NCBI GenBank assembly: GCA_004297165.1
Contig: SCUJ01000011.1
Coordinates: forward strand, 5,809 to 69,808
Length of the DNA: 64,000 bases
Reading direction: 5' to 3'
DNA from: Gammaproteobacteria bacterium
GTDB lineage: Bacteria; Pseudomonadota; Gammaproteobacteria; Eutrophobiales; Eutrophobiaceae
The position numbers and the translations under genes are program-made. This document shows, one piece after another, positions 52,551-60,629 of the stretch. A model generated the notes under the pieces. The model did no database searches and had not been told where the DNA came from. It worked only from the letters and a program-made list of their open reading frames with translations. Position 1 is the first letter of the stretch. Every line of letters starts with the position of its first letter.

Positions 52551-53012
52551 ATGCTGAAATCCCTGAAGGAATTGTTCATCGCCCGTATCGAACCGGCGCC
52601 GGGACGCCACAAGGTTGCCGATCTTAGGCTCGCAGCCGCCGTGCTGATGGTCGAGGTGGGGCTTGCCGATTCCGCGATCGGCGGGGCGGAACGCATAGTC
52701 ATGGAACACACCCTCAAGGAAGCTTTCAAGTTATCCCCGGAAGAGGCCGGCGCCATCATCCGCCTGGCCGAACAGGAGGCGGATCACGCCGTTTCGTTGC
52801 AGGAATTCACCAGACTCCTCAACCAATCACTCGATACAGGGGAAAAACGCCGGCTGGTGGAGATCCTCTGGCGGGTGGCCTTCGCGGACCAGGTGGTCGA
52901 TAAATACGAGGAATATCATATCCGCAAGATCGCGGACCTGTTGTATGTGACGCACCGGGATTATATCCGCGCCAAACATAAGGCCGCGGAACGAACCGAA
53001 ACTCCTTCTTAA
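52551..53012 (+). CDS. TerB family protein
   Basis: LAAAVLMVEV..AD, L.EFT..LN, LWRVAFAD....KYEE..IRKIADLL.V.H...IRAK. Confidence 0.85.
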   Translation: MLKSLKELFIARIEPAPGRHKVADLRLAAAVLMVEVGLADSAIGGAERIVMEHTLKEAFKLSPEEAGAIIRLAEQEADHAVSLQEFTRLLNQSLDTGEKRRLVEILWRVAFADQVVDKYEEYHIRKIADLLYVTHRDYIRAKHKAAERTETPS

Positions 53013-53449
53013 CCCTCGATGAGCGTCCGGATCAACTGATCCTCGAACTCGATTCGGGCGGTCAGGATTTCGCCGAGACTGGAGAGATCGGCATAGAAGA
53101 TATCCGCGGATGGCCGCCGCTTCCCCGATTCATATTTCTCGTTGAAATCCAGGGCGGAGCGTGTGGTCTCCCCGATCCTGGAATAGACATCTACGGCAAG
53201 GTCCTGCACCTTGCGCCGGCGCTCCTTCCCCTCGACGATACGCTGATAGAGGCCGAAGTGGCCGGCGGCGATATAGTCCACCAACATCTGGGAGAACTCA
53301 TCCAGCAGGTCCGGATCCGGCGGATTGGGCTTGCGGGACGACACCTCCAGCATCAACCCCAGCAGTTGCCGCCGCTCGTCCAGCATGTGTTGTATCAATT
53401 TTCTGGCCTGACCACGCCGTTCGGTGGTTGACCCCGCTCCCCCTGCCAT
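53009..53449 (-). CDS. rsd: Rsd/AlgQ anti-sigma70 factor
   Basis: L.ERRQLL, F.Q.LVDYIAAGHF..Y, T..ALDFNEKY, DLS.LGE.L..R.E.EDQLI. Confidence 0.9.
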   Translation of the reverse strand: MAGGAGSTTERRGQARKLIQHMLDERRQLLGLMLEVSSRKPNPPDPDLLDEFSQMLVDYIAAGHFGLYQRIVEGKERRRKVQDLAVDVYSRIGETTRSALDFNEKYESGKRRPSADIFYADLSSLGEILTARIEFEDQLIRTLIEG

Positions 53450-53616
53450 GGCGCACCTTCTTGAACGATATTTAGTTGTCCGCCATCATACTATAAGTCC
53501 CCGAATTCCCTTTCAGCTTCCCGGCGAGTTACCTGCCGCCGCGGTTGCAACATTCGCTTTGCCGGACGCCGATCTGACGCCATAATGTATCGCGATAAAT
53601 CAGGATAATCCGCACG

Positions 53617-55110
53617 ATGGAAGTCCCCGGCTATAAAATCCAGCGCGAGATCGGCAGAGGCGGGATGGCGACGGTCTACCTCGCCATCCAGGAATCCTTG
53701 GGACGGCCGGTCGTCCTCAAGATGCTGAATTCGGGGAATCTTGGCAAATCCGAAGAACTCGTGGATCGATTTCTCGCGGAGGGCCGCATCCTCGCCTCGC
53801 TCAATCACCCAAACATCATCACGATCTACGATATCGGCCTGGCCGGCGGCAGCATGTACATCTCCATGGAATATGTGCATGGCGGCGATCTCAAGCAGCG
53901 GCTGGAGTTGTCCATCTCCCCGGCGGAGGCGCTGGATTATCTGGCGCAGGTGACAAGGGCGCTCGGCGAGGCCCATAAGCATGGCATCGTGCACAGGGAC
54001 GTCAAACCGGCGAACATCCTCTTCAAGGACAACACCCCGATCCTGACCGACTTCGGCATAGCCAAGTACGTGGATACCGACAGCGACCTCACATCCACCG
54101 GCGTGTTTCTGGGCAGCCCGAATTATGTGAGCCCGGAACAGGCGAGCGGGACCAAGCTGGACGGACGGGCCGACATCTACAGCCTCGGCTGCATCTTTTT
54201 TGAAATGCTGGCCGGTAAAAAGCCTTATACCTCCGATTCCGTCATCGACATCATTATCAAGCATCGCCAGGCCCCCATCCCCAAACTGCCGAAGGAACTG
54301 GCCGAATATCAGCCGCTGCTCAACCGCATGATGGCGAAAAAACGGGATGAGCGCTTCCCGGACGCGGAAAGCCTGTTGACCGAGATTGAGAAACTCCGGA
54401 AGCAGCATCTTAAAAACGCCACCGGAGAGATTGAGATCACCGGCGAGCAGGCACACCAGTTGTTACTGACCCAGGAAAGGCGCAAGCGGCGTATCCTGAT
54501 CGGACTGATCCTGATCTCGCTCGTGGTGTTCTCGACGCTCAAGTACGTGGAGATCAGGATCAAGACCCCCAGCGTGGTGAACACGCGCAATATCTCTACA
54601 GAGACTATCCTCGATAATTCGACCGGAACGGTCGTCACCGCGATGACGCAGTCTTCGCCAACCCCTAACAGCGCAGCCCCCGCGCCAGTCGTGACGCAGG
54701 CCCCCCTGATCGCGGACCCTGCCACGGAACCCGTCACGACGCCCGCGCCCGCCCCACCGGTCAATGCGGAGATCGTAAAGGCCCTCAAATTCCTCGGCCA
54801 GCAGAGTCTGGATGCCTATAAGCTGACTTATCCGCCAGGCGACAATGCCTATTATTATTTCTCCCGTTTGCTGGAGATTGAGCCCGGCAATCCGGAGGCG
54901 GTGAACGGGATCCTGCAAATTGCCGATCGTTACGCCTTTCTCGCCGAACAGGCGGTGCTGAACAACGAGAACGAAAAGGCCTCCGCTTACGCGGACATTG
55001 GACTGCGGATCAATCCCCGGAACGAGGCCCTGCTCGCGCTCAAGAACTTTTCGCAATCGCAGGACGGGTCGCTGTGGACGACGGTCAGGAAGTTGTTTTC
55101 GGGGAAGTGA
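53617..55110 (+). CDS. Hanks-type Ser/Thr protein kinase with TM, Pro/Ala linker and periplasmic TPR-like domain
   Basis: IGRGGMATVY, HRDVKPANIL, DFG, GSPNYVSPE, DIYSLG; TM near residue 295; LTYPPGDNAYYYF. Confidence 0.92.
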   Translation: MEVPGYKIQREIGRGGMATVYLAIQESLGRPVVLKMLNSGNLGKSEELVDRFLAEGRILASLNHPNIITIYDIGLAGGSMYISMEYVHGGDLKQRLELSISPAEALDYLAQVTRALGEAHKHGIVHRDVKPANILFKDNTPILTDFGIAKYVDTDSDLTSTGVFLGSPNYVSPEQASGTKLDGRADIYSLGCIFFEMLAGKKPYTSDSVIDIIIKHRQAPIPKLPKELAEYQPLLNRMMAKKRDERFPDAESLLTEIEKLRKQHLKNATGEIEITGEQAHQLLLTQERRKRRILIGLILISLVVFSTLKYVEIRIKTPSVVNTRNISTETILDNSTGTVVTAMTQSSPTPNSAAPAPVVTQAPLIADPATEPVTTPAPAPPVNAEIVKALKFLGQQSLDAYKLTYPPGDNAYYYFSRLLEIEPGNPEAVNGILQIADRYAFLAEQAVLNNENEKASAYADIGLRINPRNEALLALKNFSQSQDGSLWTTVRKLFSGK

Positions 55111-55122
55111 CCCTCTAACAAA

Positions 55123-55686
55123 CTATTTGTTAATCTGCTGACCGCCGACAGTTTCTTTTGCCTGCTGGGTCTGCTGCTGCTCCCAGGCCGAGATCAGGGC
55201 CCGCATATCCTCGACAGACATCTCCTCCGCCGCAGCCGGGACCTCCGGCGATAACGGCGCTGCGGGTTCCGCGGTTTCGGGTTCCGCCTCCGCTGCTGCT
55301 GCCTCGGCGATCCCGGCCTCCGTTTCGGCAACGGCCTGTTGTTGATGCTCCATGGCCGCCTTGAGCCGTTTCGCCTGCAAAAGTTTTTCCCTGGCCGCGT
55401 CGCGTTGCGCCTCGGCGTCGATCAGGGCCTCCTGCCGCAGCCGATCGCGCTCCGTTTCGGAGAGCTTGATGCCGGTGTCATCCACGACCCGGTCCTTATC
55501 GAAGACGAATACCCTGGGTCCTGCCTCCGCGCTTCTATACCAGACCGGCGGTTTGCCGGACAGTTGTGTGGTCCCGGTGTCGGGGTCCACCCACTGGTAC
55601 ATGCGTTCGGCGGACGCCGACGTCGCTCCGAGCGCCGACAGTACGATAACGAGGTATCTGATCAGATGCATCGATGCAGTAACCAT
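55123..55686 (-). CDS. DUF4124-like exported protein
   Basis: Signal peptide, then MYQWVDPDTGTTQLSGKPP, then a coiled coil. Confidence 0.7.
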   Translation of the reverse strand: MVTASMHLIRYLVIVLSALGATSASAERMYQWVDPDTGTTQLSGKPPVWYRSAEAGPRVFVFDKDRVVDDTGIKLSETERDRLRQEALIDAEAQRDAAREKLLQAKRLKAAMEHQQQAVAETEAGIAEAAAAEAEPETAEPAAPLSPEVPAAAEEMSVEDMRALISAWEQQQTQQAKETVGGQQINK

Positions 55687-55719
55687 GAAGGGATGTGAAG
55701 GAAGTATAGCAATACTTTA

Positions 55720-56481
55720 TTACGCCTCGATACACCGCAGATAGGCCTGCTCGAAATCGGCGCTGCCGAAGTTGCCGCAACATTCCTGCGGCGTGCCCAC
55801 AAAACGGATCCGCCCCTCGTGCAGGATGGCGACCCGATCGCAAAGCTGCTCCACATCGCTCAACTGATGGGTGCTGAACAGCAGGGTGCGGCCCGCCGCG
55901 TGCGCATCCATGAGATGCCGCTTCAACAGGGCGCGGGCCTTGGGGTCCAGTCCGCTCATGGGTTCGTCGAGGATCAAGAGTTCGCGCCCGCTCAAGAGGC
56001 AGGCGGCTAGCCCGAGTTTCTGCGACATCCCCTTGGAGAACTGCCGCACGGGTTTGCGCAGGGATTCCGGATCGAGATCCAGCGCGCTAAGGATCGTCGT
56101 CAAGCGCTCCTCCTCCAGGGGCTGCCGATAGAGGCTTGCCATGTAGGCGAGAAAGTCGCGGCCGGTCAGGTAATAGGGTGGCGTGAAACGCTCAGGCAGG
56201 TATGCCAGACGCTCCCGCGCCTCTATCCGCCCGCTGTCATGCCCGTAGATCTTAATCGTACCGCCGCTCGCGGTAGTGAAATCCAGGAGGCATTTGAGCA
56301 GGGTGGTCTTGCCGGCCCCGTTGCTGCCCACCAGGCCGAGTGATTCTCCTGCATGCACCGTGAGACTCACCTTGGCGATCACCTCCTGCCGCCCGTAGGT
56401 CTTGCTTACATCGCTGAAGACGACGGCGGGGTCAACGGAAAAAAAAGGCCCGCGAACGGGCCTTTCGGGTACTGCTAGCAC
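55720..56481 (-). CDS. ABC transporter ATP-binding protein (PilH/XapD-like)
   Basis: GSNGAGKTT, YLPE, FSKGMSQK signature, LILDEPMSGLDP, STH. Confidence 0.92.
   Translation of the reverse strand: MLAVPERPVRGPFFSVDPAVVFSDVSKTYGRQEVIAKVSLTVHAGESLGLVGSNGAGKTTLLKCLLDFTTASGGTIKIYGHDSGRIEARERLAYLPERFTPPYYLTGRDFLAYMASLYRQPLEEERLTTILSALDLDPESLRKPVRQFSKGMSQKLGLAACLLSGRELLILDEPMSGLDPKARALLKRHLMDAHAAGRTLLFSTHQLSDVEQLCDRVAILHEGRIRFVGTPQECCGNFGSADFEQAYLRCIEA
56439..56465 (-). terminator. Intrinsic terminator downstream of the pilin gene
   Basis: Minus strand reads AAAGGCCCG-TTCG-CGGGCCTTTTTTTT (GC stem, UUCG loop, U8), about 25 nt after the pilin stop. Confidence 0.85.
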
Positions 56482-56489
56482 TGCAATGC

Positions 56490-57296
56490 CTAGTACAGAT
56501 AAACCGCGTTACAACGGGTGTTGTCGCTGTCGACGTTGTAAGTCGCCGTGGCGGTGTCCGGATTAGTCACACAGGCGGGACCGAAGGTGCTGTTCCAGAG
56601 CAGGACCTCCCGTCCGGCTGTACCGCCAGCGCCGAAGTTCGTTCCGCCGACCGCCGTTTCGCCGTTCTTGACCGCGCTGACGGTGGATCGCACCACGCCC
56701 GTGCCCGGAGCGCCGTCATCCAACTTGACATCGAGTTCCCGCAGGAGGGATGCCGTAACGCCTGCGCCGTAGGCGTAGGCGAGCCGCACCGTGGAGGTCG
56801 AGCCGCCCCCGTCATAATCATCGGTATAACCGAGGAAGATTGGTTGCTGGAAGGCGTTGCCAGGTACATTACCGCTCAATACGCCGCCCTCGTAGGCCGC
56901 AACGTTCCCAGTCACTCCAGGGTAGGTTCCGTTGATGAATCCCGCAGCGGATAGATGGGCCCAAATCGCGCCCGCCTCTACCCAGGAATCGATTCGACCA
57001 TTCTGATTACCGCCCACAGTCGCTGCACCAAACGGAGAGGCGCCACAAGCGGTGATGGTCGAGGTGATCGCCGAGCAGGCCAGGGCCGGAGGCATATCGC
57101 CGGGGATTTGGCGATAACGGTCGATGAAGCCGAAGTAAGCCGCCTGGATGCCGGTATTCTGATCCGCCATGTTGCGCACCCGGGCGCTGCTGATCAGTTG
57201 CTGGCCCTTCAGGATGCCGCCGAGCAGCAGTCCGATGATGACGAGCACGATGGCGATTTCCACCAGGGTGAATCCGCGTTGTCTTGATTTGTACAT
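56490..57296 (-). CDS. Type IV prepilin-like protein, 268 aa, probable major pilin
   Basis: MYKSRQRG|FTLVEIAIVLVIIGLLLGGILKGQQLI class III signal peptide; C-terminal Cys pair; has its own promoter and terminator. Confidence 0.9.
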   Translation of the reverse strand: MYKSRQRGFTLVEIAIVLVIIGLLLGGILKGQQLISSARVRNMADQNTGIQAAYFGFIDRYRQIPGDMPPALACSAITSTITACGASPFGAATVGGNQNGRIDSWVEAGAIWAHLSAAGFINGTYPGVTGNVAAYEGGVLSGNVPGNAFQQPIFLGYTDDYDGGGSTSTVRLAYAYGAGVTASLLRELDVKLDDGAPGTGVVRSTVSAVKNGETAVGGTNFGAGGTAGREVLLWNSTFGPACVTNPDTATATYNVDSDNTRCNAVYLY

Positions 57297-57341
57297 ATCA
57301 TTTCTCGCTTTGTGTGGTTTGGTGTTGCGTGCCGGATTAAA

Positions 57342-57357
57342 TGCACTATTCATGCCA
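57342..57357 (-). promoter_or_regulatory. sigma54 (-24/-12) promoter of the pilin gene
   Basis: Minus strand TGGCATGAATAGTGCA has exact GG-N10-GC spacing, 45 nt upstream of the ATG at 57296. Confidence 0.75.
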
Positions 57358-57378
57358 TTTCTATAACTTTATGATTAA

Positions 57379-57510
57379 GGAAGCTCTGAACAAGTGCCAA
57401 TTCCCATTGGTCGTCATTCCGGCGAAGGCCGGAATCCAGTCAAAAACAACTGCTTACTGGATGCCGGGTCAAGCCCGGCAAGACGGGATAGACACTTTTG
57501 CTAAGGTTCC
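57379..57510. mobile_element. MITE-like repeat, copy 2 (132 bp)
   Basis: TTAA|GGAAGCTCTGAACAAGTG...CACTTTTGCTAAGGTTCC|TTAA: imperfect terminal inverted repeats with a TTAA duplication and the same hairpin core as copy 1. Confidence 0.82.
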
Positions 57511-57703
57511 TTAATTGGGTTTTATATAGACATCACCAGTAATTACCCCCATGACCTCTGTTGAAATCCCGGCAAAACTGTCGATTTTTCATCATGTAAA
57601 CAATCAATTGCTGACATGGATTCCGGGTTCATCTCGTAATTACATAATTTTTTACCCGGAATTTTATGCAGGGTACACTACGCCATTTCCGCCAGCCTTT
57701 GCC

Positions 57704-58984
57704 ATGACAGCAGACACAACAATAACGACCAGGATGACCCGGCTGCTCACGATTGCCGACAGGGACACGCTCCACAGGCGCTTCATCCCCTCCGCCATCC
57801 TGCTGTTCATCCTGCTGATCTTCACCGCCAATGCCCTGGGGATCAGCTATCTCAGTTCGAGCGCCGCCCTAGGCATCTCGTTCAACTTCACCCCGTTGCA
57901 GCTCTCGCCCATCGTCGGCTCGCTGGAATTCAACGTCATGATGACCGCCGGGTTGTTGTTGTCATTGCTCTTGCCCTGGCTCAGCCCGATTCAGGGGTCG
58001 TTGCTCACGCTGTGCTGCGCGATCGTACCGGTCTATGTGAATTACACCCATCCCGGCCGGCAGACGCTGTTGCCGATGGAATATGTCCTGCTGACCATGC
58101 TCGTCATATTCGCCATCGACATCCTCATCGCCTGGTTCGATGAAACGCGGCAGAAACAGCGGATCGTGCAATTGTTCGGCCAATACATCCCGCCGCAACT
58201 GGCGCAGACCCTCACCCGGCGGCCGGACCTTGTGGATCTCGAGGGCGAGTCGAAGATCATGACGGTCCTGTTCAGCGACCTCCAGAACTTCACCGGTATG
58301 TCAGAGCAACTGAATACCAAACAATTGGTGAAGTTGCTGAACGACTATCTGACGGCAATGTCCGGGGTCCTTTACGAATACCAGTCGACCATCGACAAAT
58401 ATATCGGCGACGCCATCATGAGTTTCTGGGGCGCCCCGCTGCCCCAACCCGATCACGCTGCGCTGGCGGTGCGCGCCGCATTGAAGATGCAGGAGGCGAT
58501 GGCGGCATTCTCGGCCGAATACTGCAAACGCGGCTGGCCGCAGATGAAAATGGGGATCGGGATCAACACCGGCCGGATGAGCGTCGGCAATATGGGATCG
58601 AAATACCGGCTGGCGTATACGGTGATGGGCGATGCGGTCAATCTCGCCTCCCGCCTGGAGGGATTGACCAGGGTTTACCGGGTGCCCGTGATCGTGGGCG
58701 AGGCGACCATGAAGGAGGCCGGCGGCATTGTTTACCGGGAACTGGATACAGTGCAGGTGCGCGGCAAACACAAGGCCTGCCGCATCTTTCAGCCGCTTTG
58801 CGCGGAAGCGGATCAGAGCGGGGATCTCAAGGAGCGCCTGGAGCTTCATCAACGCGCGATCGACGCCTGGTACAAAGGCGATCTTCTCGAAGCCCAGGCG
58901 ATTTTCGGGAGATTGGCCAAACTCGATCCCGACGATGGTTATTATCCGGTCATGCTGGGCCGCATCGCCGAGAAAATGAATTGA
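57704..58984 (+). CDS. Membrane-anchored class III adenylate cyclase
   Basis: Several TMs, FGQYIPP, TVLFSDLQNFT, DKYIGDAIM, GIGINTG, YTVMGDAVNLASRLE. The Lys/Thr pair suggests ATP specificity. Start uncertain (57551, 57704 or later). Confidence 0.9.
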   Translation: MTADTTITTRMTRLLTIADRDTLHRRFIPSAILLFILLIFTANALGISYLSSSAALGISFNFTPLQLSPIVGSLEFNVMMTAGLLLSLLLPWLSPIQGSLLTLCCAIVPVYVNYTHPGRQTLLPMEYVLLTMLVIFAIDILIAWFDETRQKQRIVQLFGQYIPPQLAQTLTRRPDLVDLEGESKIMTVLFSDLQNFTGMSEQLNTKQLVKLLNDYLTAMSGVLYEYQSTIDKYIGDAIMSFWGAPLPQPDHAALAVRAALKMQEAMAAFSAEYCKRGWPQMKMGIGINTGRMSVGNMGSKYRLAYTVMGDAVNLASRLEGLTRVYRVPVIVGEATMKEAGGIVYRELDTVQVRGKHKACRIFQPLCAEADQSGDLKERLELHQRAIDAWYKGDLLEAQAIFGRLAKLDPDDGYYPVMLGRIAEKMN

Positions 58985-59018
58985 AAAACTGTCGCTCGCG
59001 ACTTTTTTCGGCAGATTA

Positions 59019-59744
59019 TTACGGTGCTTCTTCTAATTTGAGAAGCCGATCTTGCAGGAAACGGATCTCGGCCGGGTCATCAATCGCTTCGTGTTCCAGC
59101 AGACCGCCGATGAGGACCTTCGCCGCCTCGATCTCCCCCGTGTCCTCCAGCACATACACCTCCATATCCCTGGCCCAGAAGGGCACGGCCGGCGACCTGG
59201 CGTTCTGCCGCAGCGTGCGTGCATAATCGAGCGCGAGTTCAAGGTCCTTGATTTGATACTTCGCGACAAAAATGCAATGCGCGAGCCAACGCCAGCGCCG
59301 GTCCGGAGCGAGGAGAAATTTTTCCCGCACAAATTCCAGCATGCGCCTTTTCTTTGCGTCGTCGGGGACCTGCGAATACAGGCGGCTTGCGGCCAGCAGT
59401 GGATAATCGGCGCGATCGTCCAGCGCCAGAATCCTGTCGAGCCATTCGATCAATCGCGTGTAATCCAGTTGTTTGAAAGGAATGCTGATACCAGGCTGAT
59501 TGTCGAAAGCTTGCAGCCAGAGCATCAGCACCTTCGCGAGGGCGATTGGATCATCGAGGCCCGCGAGCCGCAGTTGCGGGCCTTGCGGCGGGGCAGGCAG
59601 ATCCTCAGCCTGCGCCTCGGCAGAGGGGCGCAAGAAACCCCAGGTTATTTGCAGCAGGACGGCCAGCGCGAAGGCCCACATGCACTTTACCGGGGTGGCG
59701 CGCCACGGCCGCTCGTCGCGCCAATATTTGAAATGCCGATTCAA
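59019..59744 (-). CDS. Membrane-anchored helical/TPR-like protein (PilG/XapA-like)
   Basis: TM, then LMLWLQAFD, LDY..L..WL..IL.LD....YPL.AA.RLY, P..RWRWL; directly after the ABC permease. Confidence 0.6.
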   Translation of the reverse strand: MNRHFKYWRDERPWRATPVKCMWAFALAVLLQITWGFLRPSAEAQAEDLPAPPQGPQLRLAGLDDPIALAKVLMLWLQAFDNQPGISIPFKQLDYTRLIEWLDRILALDDRADYPLLAASRLYSQVPDDAKKRRMLEFVREKFLLAPDRRWRWLAHCIFVAKYQIKDLELALDYARTLRQNARSPAVPFWARDMEVYVLEDTGEIEAAKVLIGGLLEHEAIDDPAEIRFLQDRLLKLEEAP

Positions 59745-59769
59745 TGACCGATGACCAGTGACAAATGAC

Positions 59770-60540
59770 TTACAGGTTTTTTCTGTACAGATCGATCAGC
59801 GCCGCGGCGGCCAGCAACACCATATAGATCAGCGTCTGCCCCAATACCGGCAACAAATCGGCGATCCCGGACCCGCCATAAACCAGCCATTCAGTCCGGG
59901 AAAACCCATCCAGGTCCGGCAGCAACACGGCGAGACAGCGGATCAGGAGGCCGATAAACGCCTGGGCCGCCGAGCCTGTCTCGAGGATCGGGCTTTGACT
60001 GATGAGGACGATCGCGGTCATGGTCCGTGACAGCAGATAAAAGGCCATGACCGCCGTAAAGGCGATGGTGACATTGCCGAAGGTAAACAAACAAAGCAGC
60101 GCCGCCGCGGTCATCAACAGGAGTTCACAAAACAACGACAGCGTCCAGATCGTGAGTTGATCGGGTTGCGTGTATATAACCAGCGGCAGGCTGACCAGCA
60201 CTGCGACCGCCGCGGCCAGCAGGGCAAAACCCAGCAGTTTGCCAAAATAATACGAGCTTCTGCGCAGCGGCAGGGACAACACGAGTTCGAAACCCTTGTC
60301 GTTGAACTCCCGCACCATGCTGGTGATCACGAAAAGACTTGTAAGAAAGACCGCTGTCAGCCTGAGCATGGCGCCGGCTATCGCCGCCTGAATCCGGATG
60401 CTTTCGGTGATGGCGAGTTCCCCGATGAATCCCGCGAGCCCGAAGAGGCCGAGGACCAACAGGATCGCAAACAGGAACAGGTGATTGTTCACCGCCTCCT
60501 TGAAGGTGTAACGCGCGATGGTCCGGATGGAATCATTCAT
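59770..60540 (-). CDS. ABC transporter permease (PilI-like)
   Basis: IARYTFKEA, 6 TMs, RE...K....VLSLPL.R..Y..GK..G, LLPDL..F. Confidence 0.85.
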   Translation of the reverse strand: MNDSIRTIARYTFKEAVNNHLFLFAILLVLGLFGLAGFIGELAITESIRIQAAIAGAMLRLTAVFLTSLFVITSMVREFNDKGFELVLSLPLRRSSYYFGKLLGFALLAAAVAVLVSLPLVIYTQPDQLTIWTLSLFCELLLMTAAALLCLFTFGNVTIAFTAVMAFYLLSRTMTAIVLISQSPILETGSAAQAFIGLLIRCLAVLLPDLDGFSRTEWLVYGGSGIADLLPVLGQTLIYMVLLAAAALIDLYRKNL

Positions 60541-60629
60541 GCTACTGTATGTCCTGTGCGCAGAAGAGGGAATATTCGCATCCCGGAACGCCGTTTGGCA
60601 AATCCGAATCTCGCAACAATAACAGCATC

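Noticed and set aside
54640-54770. Pro/Ala/Thr-rich low-complexity stretch in the kinase (similar ones in PilQ, MrcA and SPOR proteins)
   Set aside because: These are ordinary flexible linkers with no true tandem DNA repeat.
52551-55110. TerB plus Ser/Thr kinase as a ter/defence system
   Set aside because: A stand-alone TerB is common, no other ter, vWA or PP2C genes are present, and rsd lies between the two.
51600-57510. The two repeats as a CRISPR array or composite transposon ends
   Set aside because: There are only two copies and no spacers or cas genes. Each copy has its own flanking tetranucleotides, and the enclosed genes include housekeeping rsmE and rsd with no transposase.
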